A DNA stretch of 64,000 nucleotides from the IMG/VR virus record IMGVR_UViG_3300008227_000003, positions 149 through 64,148 of that record; one strand, written 5' to 3'. The translations under genes were made by a program, and so were the position numbers. Below the pieces are notes generated by a model. It saw only the letters and a list, made by a program, of their open reading frames with translations, searched no databases and was not told where the DNA came from. The DNA comes from a virus. Below are positions 38,262 through 47,332 of the stretch, one piece after another. Each line of letters opens with the position of its first letter. Within the stretch, counting starts at the first letter, position 1.

Positions 38262-38900
38262 ATGAGCAACCAACTTTTAATCGAAGAATTAACACCAGCA
38301 CAAGCTGGACTAATCACAGAATCATCACAGGATGGTAAAGATTTGTGGTTAAATGGTATTTTCATGCAAGCGGATATCAAAAACCGTAACGGACGTGTAT
38401 ATCCAATCCATGAAATCAATGCAGCTGTACAAGCTGGCCAACGCGTCATCAAAGAATCAAACGGCATTATGGGTGAATTAGATCATCCACAAACTCTATC
38501 AATTAACTTGGATCGTGTATCACACGTTATCACTGAATTGCGTGTTGAAGGTAGTAATGCTATCGGTAAAGCTAAACTATTAAACACACCAATGGGCAAC
38601 ATTGCAAAAGAATTAGTTAAATCTGGCGTTGCAATTGGTGTGTCATCTAGGGGTGCTGGAGCAGTAAATGAATCAGGTGGTGTAACAGGTTTTCAGTTCG
38701 TTACGGTTGATATCGTAGCTCAACCATCAGCTCCTGGTGCAGTTCCACAATCGATACTTGAGTCCATTGAGCAATCAAAGAATGGGAGTCACATCATGGA
38801 TCTTTCGGAAGCGGTTAAGCATGACATAGCAGCACAACAATACCTGAAAAAAGAAATTATGAAATTTCTAAACGAAGGGTTATTCGCTAAACGCAAATAA
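38262..38900 (+). CDS. gp21: Prohead protease gp21
   Basis: GIFMQADIKNRNGRVY, GELDHP, RVSH, GVSSRGAG, VDIVAQPSAPGA. Confidence 0.96.
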   Translation: MSNQLLIEELTPAQAGLITESSQDGKDLWLNGIFMQADIKNRNGRVYPIHEINAAVQAGQRVIKESNGIMGELDHPQTLSINLDRVSHVITELRVEGSNAIGKAKLLNTPMGNIAKELVKSGVAIGVSSRGAGAVNESGGVTGFQFVTVDIVAQPSAPGAVPQSILESIEQSKNGSHIMDLSEAVKHDIAAQQYLKKEIMKFLNEGLFAKRK

Positions 38901-38924
38901 CTGTTAAGAATCAAAGGATGACAC

Positions 38925-39323
38925 GTGAAAGTTATAGATATATTTGAAGCAACACTTATTGGTGATGAAAAGAATCAAAGCCACAAATCCAGAATGTCGT
39001 ATAAGCAACGCAAAGACATTGACAATGACATGGCACAACGGGGTGAAGATGACCGCACCAAAAATGTTCAGGATAAGCGTGCAAAAGCACACGAGAAACA
39101 AAACTTCAAACGAGCAGGCGTATATAAGAAAGGATCGAAAGATGAATTCAAATATAACAATATCCTTGTTGTAGATGCTGTTGATGATAAAGCAGCCGAC
39201 CACGAAATCTCTGTTTTTAAAGATCTGCATTGGGGTGCTAAAGACTTCGGACCAGTAGTCAAGAGCAAGTCACCCAAGGGGACACGCCACACTTTTTACT
39301 ACTTCGATAAACATCAACGGTAG
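38925..39323 (+). CDS. Hypothetical basic protein, possible head internal protein
   Basis: GTG start, SD AAGGA; N-term MKVIDIFEA resembles a cleaved leader; between gp21 and gp22. Confidence 0.65.
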   Translation: MKVIDIFEATLIGDEKNQSHKSRMSYKQRKDIDNDMAQRGEDDRTKNVQDKRAKAHEKQNFKRAGVYKKGSKDEFKYNNILVVDAVDDKAADHEISVFKDLHWGAKDFGPVVKSKSPKGTRHTFYYFDKHQR

Positions 39324-39346
39324 AAGGTAACTCCCGATTGGTATGG

Positions 39347-39354
39347 CATAAATA
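39347..39354 (+). promoter_or_regulatory. Late promoter CATAAATA (upstream of tandem pair)
   Basis: Intergenic. Confidence 0.55.
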
Positions 39355-39459
39355 CCGACATTTTCCAGAAAACTCAAATATGACCACAAATCTGCCACCG
39401 CAGGTTCTGTGGTCTCTTCCCCTCTCCGTATCAATTAACACTGCATAAACAACGCTCTA

Positions 39460-39467
39460 CATAAATA
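39460..39467 (+). promoter_or_regulatory. Late promoter CATAAATA (proximal to scaffold)
   Basis: 56 nt upstream of gp22. Confidence 0.7.
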
Positions 39468-39523
39468 GTTTGTAACGGAAATACTACTACAGTATACCAT
39501 TTGTTTATTAGGAGAAACTTTAC

Positions 39524-40507
39524 ATGAACGAACTACTGCAAAAACTTTTGGAGGCCGACGTTCTTTCTGAAGATACAAAGAAAGAATTAGAAGGTGCTTT
39601 CCAAACAAAATTGGATGAAGCGATTGATGCGGCGAAAGAAGATGCAGCTGCTGATGTTCGTGCTTCATTGACGGAACAATGGATCGGAGAACGTGATCAA
39701 TTAGTGGAAGCTATTGATAGCAAAGTAACCGACTTCATGCAAGCTGAAGTTGAAGAACTAAAAGAGGACATCGAAAGATTTCGTGACCTCGAAGCTGAAT
39801 ACGCTGATAAATTAGTTGAAGCAAAATCTGCAATGTCAGATGAGCTTAAAGGTGATTTATCAGATTTAGTTGAAAAGATTGACGCTTTCTTGGAAATCAG
39901 ATTAGACTCAGAAATGTCAGAATTACGCGAAGATTTAGACGAAGTTAGTAAAAACAGCTTTGGTCGTAAGATTTTCGAAGCATTCTCACAAGAGTTTATG
40001 ATGAGTTATTCTGACGACGACGCGGCTGAACTATCATTACATGAAGCTCAACAACGTTTATCAGATACAGAAGAAGCATTAATGGAATCACAAACAGAAC
40101 TAGCTACTATGCAACGCAGCGAAGTAATGGGAGAAGTTTTAGAACCTCTTGCAGGACGTCAACGTGAAGTGATGGAAGCTATATTACGTAATGTGGACAC
40201 AGAGCAATTACATGAAGGATACAGCACTTTTATCGGTCGTGTACTTCGTGAAGCAGAAGAAAAATCAGATGATGACTCAGAGAAGGAAGATAAAGTACTA
40301 GCTGACGATGACGATGATGACAAAAAAGACGACAAGAAAAAAAGCAGCAAGAAAAAAGATGACGAAAAAGATTCTGATGACGAAGCTGTTAAAGAAGGTC
40401 GTATTGTAACTGGTGACTCAGCAGAAATGATTATCGAGAGCGCAGGTGATGAAAACGCATCAGCTCAACGTATAGCATATTTGCAAAAGATCGCTGGTAT
40501 CAAATAA
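39524..40507 (+). CDS. gp22: Prohead scaffold gp22
   Basis: LLEADVLSEDTKKELEGAF; acidic coiled coil; precedes MCP. Confidence 0.9.
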   Translation: MNELLQKLLEADVLSEDTKKELEGAFQTKLDEAIDAAKEDAAADVRASLTEQWIGERDQLVEAIDSKVTDFMQAEVEELKEDIERFRDLEAEYADKLVEAKSAMSDELKGDLSDLVEKIDAFLEIRLDSEMSELREDLDEVSKNSFGRKIFEAFSQEFMMSYSDDDAAELSLHEAQQRLSDTEEALMESQTELATMQRSEVMGEVLEPLAGRQREVMEAILRNVDTEQLHEGYSTFIGRVLREAEEKSDDDSEKEDKVLADDDDDDKKDDKKKSSKKKDDEKDSDDEAVKEGRIVTGDSAEMIIESAGDENASAQRIAYLQKIAGIK

Positions 40508-40544
40508 ATATCAAACATTTTCATAAAATCTAGGAGATATCATT

Positions 40545-41960
40545 ATGGAAGAATTATTTCAAAACTGGTCAGAAACTAAAGTAGCTTTACTTGAAGGTCT
40601 GTCCGCTGACAAACAAGCAGTTGTTGCTCCATTGTTAGAAAACCAAAAAAACCACCTTTTAAACGAAACAGCTGCTGCTGGTTCGACTGGCGCTGATAGC
40701 ATCGCTGGATTCAGAAAAATCATGATCCCTATGATTCGAAGAATTATCCCTGGTACAATCGCTACTGAATTAGTTGGTGTACAACCAATGACTGGTCCAG
40801 TTGGCTTAGTGTACACACTACGTTACCGTTACGCTGAAGCTGTTGCTGGTACAGACCACGCAAACCCATTCGGTTTACCGGGTGCTATTGCAGCTGGTGA
40901 TGAAGTATTTGGTAATGCTTCTCCAATTCGTCAGTGGTATTCTGGTGCAGCTGGTGCACTTGACAATGCTGATCCAGTACCTGCTGGTGGATCTGCTATG
41001 GGTTCTGATGGACAAGCTGGAACTGGCGACATCGAAGGTGCTATTGCATCTGGTTTCGCATGGCCTTCAAGCTTACCTGCTACTCCTGGCGCTGCTGGTG
41101 TTGACGCAAACGGTGACTTACACGGTGGTTCTGGTTCATACTTAGAAGGTTCTGGTGGTCGTAAGATGACTATGGACGTTGTGTCTCAGGCTGTTGAAGC
41201 TGGTTCACGTAAATTGCAAGCTGGTTGGACTATCGAAGCTATGCAAGATTTAAACGCTCAACATGGTTTAGACTTAGAGTCAGAAATGACACAAGCTCTT
41301 TCTGCTGAGATCGTTCAAGAGATCGACCAAGAAATCATCACTGATTTAATGGCATTAGCTGGTACAGTAGAAACTTTTGACGGTGCAGGCGCTGGTGCAT
41401 ATGGTACTGCTGGAAACTACACACCTTCTTATGTTGGTGATCGTTTAGCTAACATCAGTGTTATCATCAACCGTGTAGCGAATGAAATCGCTCGTAAAAC
41501 ACGTCGTGGTGCTGGTAACTACATTGTTGTTTCTCCAATGATCGTATCTATCTTACAATCTGCTAGCAAATCAGTATTTGCTCCAGCTGTAGATGGTTCT
41601 TTCAAAGGTCCTAACAACACAATGTTAGTTGGTACACTAAATGGTACTATCAAAGTTTACTCTTACTTGTTTAACCAAGCAGGTGCTGGATTGAACTTAG
41701 GTCAAGTACAAGCTGGTAATGATGATACTATCTTAATCGGTTACAAAGGTGGTAACGGTGAAACTGACGCAGGTTACTTTTACTGTCCGTATATCCCATT
41801 AATGAGCTCAGGTGTGGTTGTTAACCCAACTACTTTCCAACCTGTAACATCATTGATGACTCGTTACGGTAAAGCCGTGTTCACTGATGATACTACTTCG
41901 TTAGGAAACAGTGCTGATTACTACGGTAAAATCAACGTTGTTGGTTTAGATCTTACATAA
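40545..41960 (+). CDS. gp23: Major capsid protein gp23
   Basis: LLENQ, MIRRIIP, GVQPMTGPVGL, SRKLQAGWTIEAMQDL...HGLD, YCPYIPL, MTRYG. Confidence 0.97.
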   Translation: MEELFQNWSETKVALLEGLSADKQAVVAPLLENQKNHLLNETAAAGSTGADSIAGFRKIMIPMIRRIIPGTIATELVGVQPMTGPVGLVYTLRYRYAEAVAGTDHANPFGLPGAIAAGDEVFGNASPIRQWYSGAAGALDNADPVPAGGSAMGSDGQAGTGDIEGAIASGFAWPSSLPATPGAAGVDANGDLHGGSGSYLEGSGGRKMTMDVVSQAVEAGSRKLQAGWTIEAMQDLNAQHGLDLESEMTQALSAEIVQEIDQEIITDLMALAGTVETFDGAGAGAYGTAGNYTPSYVGDRLANISVIINRVANEIARKTRRGAGNYIVVSPMIVSILQSASKSVFAPAVDGSFKGPNNTMLVGTLNGTIKVYSYLFNQAGAGLNLGQVQAGNDDTILIGYKGGNGETDAGYFYCPYIPLMSSGVVVNPTTFQPVTSLMTRYGKAVFTDDTTSLGNSADYYGKINVVGLDLT

Positions 41961-41977
41961 GGTCTTTCAGTATAGAG

Positions 41978-42005
41978 AAAAACCCACTTCGGTGGGTTTT
42001 TTTTT
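41978..42005 (+). terminator. Rho-independent terminator (cUUCGg loop)
   Basis: AAAAACCCAC-TTCG-GTGGGTTTTT + T run. Confidence 0.92.
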
Positions 42006-42026
42006 GTCTGCTGGTTTTGATATCAG

Positions 42027-42034
42027 CATAAATA
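42027..42034 (+). promoter_or_regulatory. Late promoter CATAAATA
   Basis: Upstream of 42080. Confidence 0.7.
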
Positions 42035-42079
42035 GATTCATATACACCATTAAACATCACAAATTAGGAGAAGTTAACA

Positions 42080-42847
42080 ATGGCACTTTTAAACGAAAAC
42101 AGATCTAGAATCCCACAAGTAGCAGTATTACCAGTAACAGGCGACGACGGTGGTATCCGTGGTCAGATGCGTATGCTTGACACAGCAGAAACAGGAGTTG
42201 TTTCTCTATGTGCAATTGGTGACGAGGATATATTTCCTGAAGCATCTCTAGCCTTAGCAGTCGGATCAATCACTTATGTTGCAGTAGCAACAGGCACTAC
42301 CGGTGAAGCAGTAACAATTACACACGCAACAGGTGGAGTAGCGGTACCAGTGGTAACCGTAGTCGGTACAGCAATCACAGTAACAGGCGATGCAACGACT
42401 ACAGCAGCACAGATAGTTACAGCTATTACAGATAGCCCAGAAGCATCGGCATTAGTATCTGCTGTGAATGTTGGTGGTACAACTCTAACTGCTGTTGGTC
42501 CAACTAGCTTGACTGGTGGCACAGGTACATACGCTACCGTTACAGTAAACACAGACTTAGTTGTAACTGCAGCTGTTTCTGGAAGCGCTGGTAACGACTT
42601 GACGATCGAAATCGTTGACGCTGTTGTTGCATCTCCAAAAGTTATGGTAACAGGTAATACTATCGTTGTTACAGGTAACTCTGTTACACACACAACTGCT
42701 GATTTGGCACTTGCTATCACAAACCATTACATGGCTGGTGGTTTGATAACTGCTGCAGGTAGCACAACATCGGTTGCGACAGTTGCTGAAACTGCTTTAA
42801 CAGGTGGCGCTTCACTTGCTGTTTGGATGACATTCACTGCATCTTAA
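42080..42847 (+). CDS. Putative capsid decoration protein, two tandem T/A/V-rich beta domains
   Basis: After MCP, SD AGGAG, two ~85-aa units each ending T(S/A)LTGG. Confidence 0.65.
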   Translation: MALLNENRSRIPQVAVLPVTGDDGGIRGQMRMLDTAETGVVSLCAIGDEDIFPEASLALAVGSITYVAVATGTTGEAVTITHATGGVAVPVVTVVGTAITVTGDATTTAAQIVTAITDSPEASALVSAVNVGGTTLTAVGPTSLTGGTGTYATVTVNTDLVVTAAVSGSAGNDLTIEIVDAVVASPKVMVTGNTIVVTGNSVTHTTADLALAITNHYMAGGLITAAGSTTSVATVAETALTGGASLAVWMTFTAS

Positions 42848-42868
42848 TTGATGGTATACACCATTAAC

Positions 42869-42895
42869 AAAAAACCCACTCCGGTGGGTTTTTTT
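42869..42895 (+). terminator. Rho-independent terminator (near copy of 41978)
   Basis: AAAAAACCCAC-TCCG-GTGGGTTTTTT. Confidence 0.9.
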
Positions 42896-42917
42896 ATGTT
42901 TATCAGAAACGTTGCAG

Positions 42918-42946
42918 TTGTCAAAGTGTGATATGTTTGGTATTGT
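42918..42946 (+). promoter_or_regulatory. Possible sigma70-type promoter
   Basis: TTGTCA-17 nt-TATTGT with TG extension. Confidence 0.4.
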
Positions 42947-42979
42947 TGATACTTTTGTGATACATAATAGGAAGATAGC

Positions 42980-43174
42980 ATGACTAATCCACTTGATAAC
43001 GTCCCACTTAACACCAAAATGGTATATGTAATGGCAACCACTCCTAGTGGGTGTGAGATATATATGCCTGTAGATTCTAGTGATGTTGATGTGGTAAACA
43101 CAACAAAGCAACAACTTCAATCCCACCTGAATGTGGCATACCCCATTCAACCACAACCTCCACAACTAGCATGA
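42980..43174 (+). CDS. Hypothetical protein (64 aa)
   Basis: SD AGGA; ATGA overlap with next ORF. Confidence 0.55.
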   Translation: MTNPLDNVPLNTKMVYVMATTPSGCEIYMPVDSSDVDVVNTTKQQLQSHLNVAYPIQPQPPQLA

Positions 43175-43494
43175 TAGATAACATAATTGTCGGTGAATTG
43201 GTTGATGGACTAACAAACGAACATCTGGGGATAACACCATCGGAAACCAAATTATACATATCAAAAGACCAAGCTGTTGAATTGAATATGTTTTTGCCGT
43301 CTATACTGGTGCACGCCGGATTATACAACTCAACCAGCACGATCAAAAAGATTGCGGCTACAAGAAAACAAAGTAAAAAAATACCCGATATCGATTCGCG
43401 CTTGTTGTGGCGTACGATTAACCACCCCGAATTAACCCAATTTAAAATAGGTAAGAAATCATTTTGGTTGGTTGTGGGTGATCTTGATAAATAA
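43171..43494 (+). CDS. Hypothetical protein (107 aa)
   Basis: Translationally coupled ORF. Confidence 0.6.
   Translation: MIDNIIVGELVDGLTNEHLGITPSETKLYISKDQAVELNMFLPSILVHAGLYNSTSTIKKIAATRKQSKKIPDIDSRLLWRTINHPELTQFKIGKKSFWLVVGDLDK
43486..43493 (+). promoter_or_regulatory. Late promoter GATAAATA
   Basis: Overlaps stop of 43171, upstream of 43525. Confidence 0.5.
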
Positions 43495-43524
43495 CAATAT
43501 AATGGAATTTAGGAATTGTAACTC

Positions 43525-43851
43525 ATGGTCGATAAATTAACTTTTAAGCAATATTTGGCATCGAAAGCAGCTTTACGTGAAGCGGTAAAACAAACACCAA
43601 AACAAACAAAAACGTACAGCGTAACACGGTACTGTAATTTTGTTGTAGGTGAGAGTAAAAAAGATAGACACTCAGTCAATCTCAAACCATCATCCACCAT
43701 TTCTGTTAATTGGTTATATGAAGATATTGACAATCCGATAGCTACCAGTGTTAGCTTTGATGGTGCAAAAGATGTTGATCCCATGGATGATATGTTACCA
43801 AGTTGGACGACTAAGAAAATCAATACGTGGTTAGCCAGAAACACGGAATGA
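43525..43851 (+). CDS. Hypothetical late protein, possible head internal protein
   Basis: SD AGGA; N-term KLTFKQYL...LREA resembles T4 capsid-targeting leaders. Confidence 0.65.
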   Translation: MVDKLTFKQYLASKAALREAVKQTPKQTKTYSVTRYCNFVVGESKKDRHSVNLKPSSTISVNWLYEDIDNPIATSVSFDGAKDVDPMDDMLPSWTTKKINTWLARNTE

Positions 43852-44111
43852 GAATTACATCACAACCCCTACCACCAGGATGCATACACTTACGGCTACA
43901 CCCCGATGAAACTGAGGATTACACTTGTCACACAATAATTAAACCAACATCAGCAACGGAATGTGATGTGATTGGATTCGCTTGCGATGTTGTGACACTA
44001 CAAATGTTAAGAATGGTGTTAAAAATATGCACCGATAGTGGGTTTGAATATTGCTCGATCGAACGCAGGAAAGGAGGGACTTCAACCCGTAAACGTTTTC
44101 GTTTGGGTTGA
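43848..44111 (+). CDS. Hypothetical protein (87 aa)
   Basis: ATGA overlap with 43525 stop. Confidence 0.55.
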   Translation: MRITSQPLPPGCIHLRLHPDETEDYTCHTIIKPTSATECDVIGFACDVVTLQMLRMVLKICTDSGFEYCSIERRKGGTSTRKRFRLG

Positions 44112-44202
44112 TGATTGTATGTGCGTATAGTGGGCACGGAGCGGGTGAATACGCAACAAACAATCAAGACTTCACATTCCCACCATAATCCAATCCACTG
44201 TG

Positions 44203-44210
44203 CATAAATA
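44203..44210 (+). promoter_or_regulatory. Late promoter CATAAATA
   Basis: Upstream of neck operon. Confidence 0.7.
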
Positions 44211-44240
44211 CCCAAATAAATGTATAACATTGGAGTATTT

Positions 44241-47200
44241 ATGACATCTTTCGACTCGTTCAGCGATACCAGTTTTCAATTGAAGACTGAAGGGGAAACC
44301 ATAACGCTGGCTATGAAACAAGGTGTTCCATCTGCCACACAGGCAACAATTGAATGGAACATTCCCACACCAGCACTTGGATGTGGCAACAACGGTGTGT
44401 ATAGTGGTATGGTTGTACTACTGCACACAAAACCCCTCAACGCGTCAAACATCCCACAAGATGGTACCGTTTATGTTGCTGATCCTTCGGCTAACACAGA
44501 CACTAATGTTGGAGATCGTATAGGGGATGCTGTCGTTATAGGAGCATTCTACGAATGCGACAAAAAAGGCAACGATCTACCACTTACCACTTCGTTTGTT
44601 ATAACAGATCTTGACCCGAAAGTTGCTTATTATGTAGCTGGGTATGCGACAGATTGCCAGCATAGATATCATTCTGATGGACAACGAGCGTACTCTGATT
44701 CGTATGGACATGAAGAAGGCACGCACTTCCCTGCCGAACAACGCATTAGCATCAAAACGGGATCCGAAACCTGCATTATTCCTTCTGACGGAACGGGATT
44801 GCTACCTGGTGCAACGTACAAATTTGATATCGTTGTTGATGATACATACCCAAAAGGCACCAACGCTAAAATCGTAGAGATTGATATTGATGGTGTTGAT
44901 GCTGGCACATATCAGGATTTGGTCGATCAAATCAATATTGGAATTGCCAAGGTTGATAATCCACCCATATCGCCTGTCGCCCCGGATGCTGGTCAGTATT
45001 ATTGGAACAACGAAACACAAGAATTGTTTTTGTTTGATGGCTCGAATCACAACGAACTTCCTGTTATGGTTGAACCATCCGATCCTACAGTCACATCAAT
45101 AGGCGATTACTGGTACGATCCACAAACGAAAACGCTATCACGATGGAACACACCATCGCCTACAGGGTGGAATGTAATCGAATATACACAATCTCCGTAC
45201 AATCCAACCTCACCAACATGCGACTCATACTGGATAGATAGTAGTGTGGCTAGACGTTGGAACGGTACGGTGTGGTGCGATGCTATTACAGCAATACAAA
45301 CCGATGATCCTGTTGATTGTCATGTTCCGGTATGTGGATCTTGGTGGTATGATGAAATAAATATGCAATTGGGTGAGTGGGACTCTCACTTGAATATGTG
45401 GGAACCACGATCAGCATTATATTGGCATGAAGCTCCCAACCAACTATCCGATGGTACATATTGGTTTGATATAACAACAGAACACCTTAGTATATTGAAT
45501 ACAGGCTCGTGGACTGATTTAACAGCAAACCCAAACGTCATGATTCAGATAGCAGAGCCGACATCAAGAGTTGATGGTGTTCTTTGGTATAGTACAGAAA
45601 CCGAAGAGTTGAATTTGTATGATGGTAACACGGGTGGATGGATACCACAACAGGTAATCGGGTGGGCAGTTGATCCATCTACCGTTGATACTTGCGATGC
45701 TTGGTGGAGATCCACAGATGATGAGCTATTGTTGTGGGACGCAATCGGGAATGATTGGGTAATTGTACAAAACTTTACCGTGTCTACCGCTGATCCAGTG
45801 TTTCCAGCCGAGATGGTGATCGATCACGTGTGGTACAACCCTTCAACTGACGTGGTGATGGTGTGGGATGGTAGTGCGTGGATAGAAACTACCAATTTTC
45901 TAATATCACCAACAGATCCACACACCCAAACACTAGGTGACGGATGGTTAGACACCACCACCGGACTTTGGTACATATATGATACACCAGCAGCAGGGTG
46001 GAATGCTATAAATCCGGTGGATAATATAGGTCTACCATCATTAATCGCTAGTGGTACATATTGGTATGATACATCAGTTGATACACTTCAGGTTCGCAAC
46101 GGTGTTGTGTGGATGAACGTTATTTTTTCAACATCACCACTCACACCAAAACGTGGTAGTTTGTGGTTCGATACGACGGAAAACGTACTACTTGTTTGGG
46201 ATGGTGGTGCATACGTAGCAAAAGAGTCTGTGGCTAGTGCCGTATTCGGTGAATGTGGCATCTCAATATTATCGAGTGGTACTGGTAGTTCAAATTTTGT
46301 GATGATACCAGTCATGAATCAACCTTCATGTACTGCATCGGGGTTTGCTGACTTTTCGGCACCTGGTGTATCGGCTACAACAACGTGTGGATACTCAACA
46401 GCAAATGGAATAACAAACCCGTACACCGTACGTCATTTGACGGAAGCTGGTTACTTGTGGAATGCTATTAAAGATGCTGCTATTGTTGCTAATCCAATCG
46501 TCGGAGCTGATGGGGCTGACAGTAAACGATCATACGACCAAATTGGGGTTGGTGATGATGGAACGCCAGATGAGAGACGTGAGTTGGCATATAGCATACG
46601 AGCGCAGTTGGGTTATCCTGTAGTTGAAGTTGAACTGACTGCATATCAATTGGACACTGCTATACAAGGGGCGATTGAATCGTTTCGAAAGCGCAGCTCT
46701 ATGGCATACCGTAGAGGGTTTTACTTTCTTGATATTCAACCACAACAACAGAACTACTTTTTAACAAACAAACAAATTGGATACAACAAGATCGTTACGG
46801 TTTCAGCTGCATATCGCTTCACGTCTGCATTCATGGCAACGTCTCATGGTGGTGGTGTGTATGGGCAATTGGCTATGCAGCAACTATACAATATGGGCAC
46901 GTATGATTTGACTAGCTATCATTTGGTTTCACAATACATAGAAACCATGCAAGATTTATTCGCTACTAGATTGGTATACAACTTTAATGAAAGTACACGA
47001 GCGTTGGGATTTTTTCAATCATTCACAGCAAACGAGCGAGTGTTATTGGATTGTTTTATAGAACGAACGGAACAGGATCTAATGACTGATCGTTTTGCAA
47101 AAACATGGATAGAGCGGTACGCACTCGCAGAAGCGATGACTATGTTGGCGCGTATTCGTGGTAAATATGGATCACTTCCAGGTGCTGGTGGTGGTGTATC

Positions 47201-47330
47201 GTTGGATGCTGCAGACTTGATGGCTACGGCTGAACTATATCGCCAAGATCTCATGTCTCAACTGGACGACTTTATTGTGCAGGATATGGAAGGTGTTGGG
47301 ATGAACAGCTCGTTCATATTTGGTGGATAA
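44241..47330 (+). CDS. gp13: Neck protein gp13-like with large Trp-rich repeat insertion (~1030 aa)
   Basis: C-term QLGYPVVEVELTAYQLDTAI...WIERYALAEAMTMLARIRGKYGSLPG..GGVSLDA; start ATG 44241 after SD GGAG. Confidence 0.85.
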   Translation: MTSFDSFSDTSFQLKTEGETITLAMKQGVPSATQATIEWNIPTPALGCGNNGVYSGMVVLLHTKPLNASNIPQDGTVYVADPSANTDTNVGDRIGDAVVIGAFYECDKKGNDLPLTTSFVITDLDPKVAYYVAGYATDCQHRYHSDGQRAYSDSYGHEEGTHFPAEQRISIKTGSETCIIPSDGTGLLPGATYKFDIVVDDTYPKGTNAKIVEIDIDGVDAGTYQDLVDQINIGIAKVDNPPISPVAPDAGQYYWNNETQELFLFDGSNHNELPVMVEPSDPTVTSIGDYWYDPQTKTLSRWNTPSPTGWNVIEYTQSPYNPTSPTCDSYWIDSSVARRWNGTVWCDAITAIQTDDPVDCHVPVCGSWWYDEINMQLGEWDSHLNMWEPRSALYWHEAPNQLSDGTYWFDITTEHLSILNTGSWTDLTANPNVMIQIAEPTSRVDGVLWYSTETEELNLYDGNTGGWIPQQVIGWAVDPSTVDTCDAWWRSTDDELLLWDAIGNDWVIVQNFTVSTADPVFPAEMVIDHVWYNPSTDVVMVWDGSAWIETTNFLISPTDPHTQTLGDGWLDTTTGLWYIYDTPAAGWNAINPVDNIGLPSLIASGTYWYDTSVDTLQVRNGVVWMNVIFSTSPLTPKRGSLWFDTTENVLLVWDGGAYVAKESVASAVFGECGISILSSGTGSSNFVMIPVMNQPSCTASGFADFSAPGVSATTTCGYSTANGITNPYTVRHLTEAGYLWNAIKDAAIVANPIVGADGADSKRSYDQIGVGDDGTPDERRELAYSIRAQLGYPVVEVELTAYQLDTAIQGAIESFRKRSSMAYRRGFYFLDIQPQQQNYFLTNKQIGYNKIVTVSAAYRFTSAFMATSHGGGVYGQLAMQQLYNMGTYDLTSYHLVSQYIETMQDLFATRLVYNFNESTRALGFFQSFTANERVLLDCFIERTEQDLMTDRFAKTWIERYALAEAMTMLARIRGKYGSLPGAGGGVSLDAADLMATAELYRQDLMSQLDDFIVQDMEGVGMNSSFIFGG

Positions 47331-47332
47331 TT

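Noticed and set aside
39380-39448. 22-codon ORF between the tandem late promoters
   Set aside because: No SD, not at the predicted TSS, and coincides with an RNA hairpin
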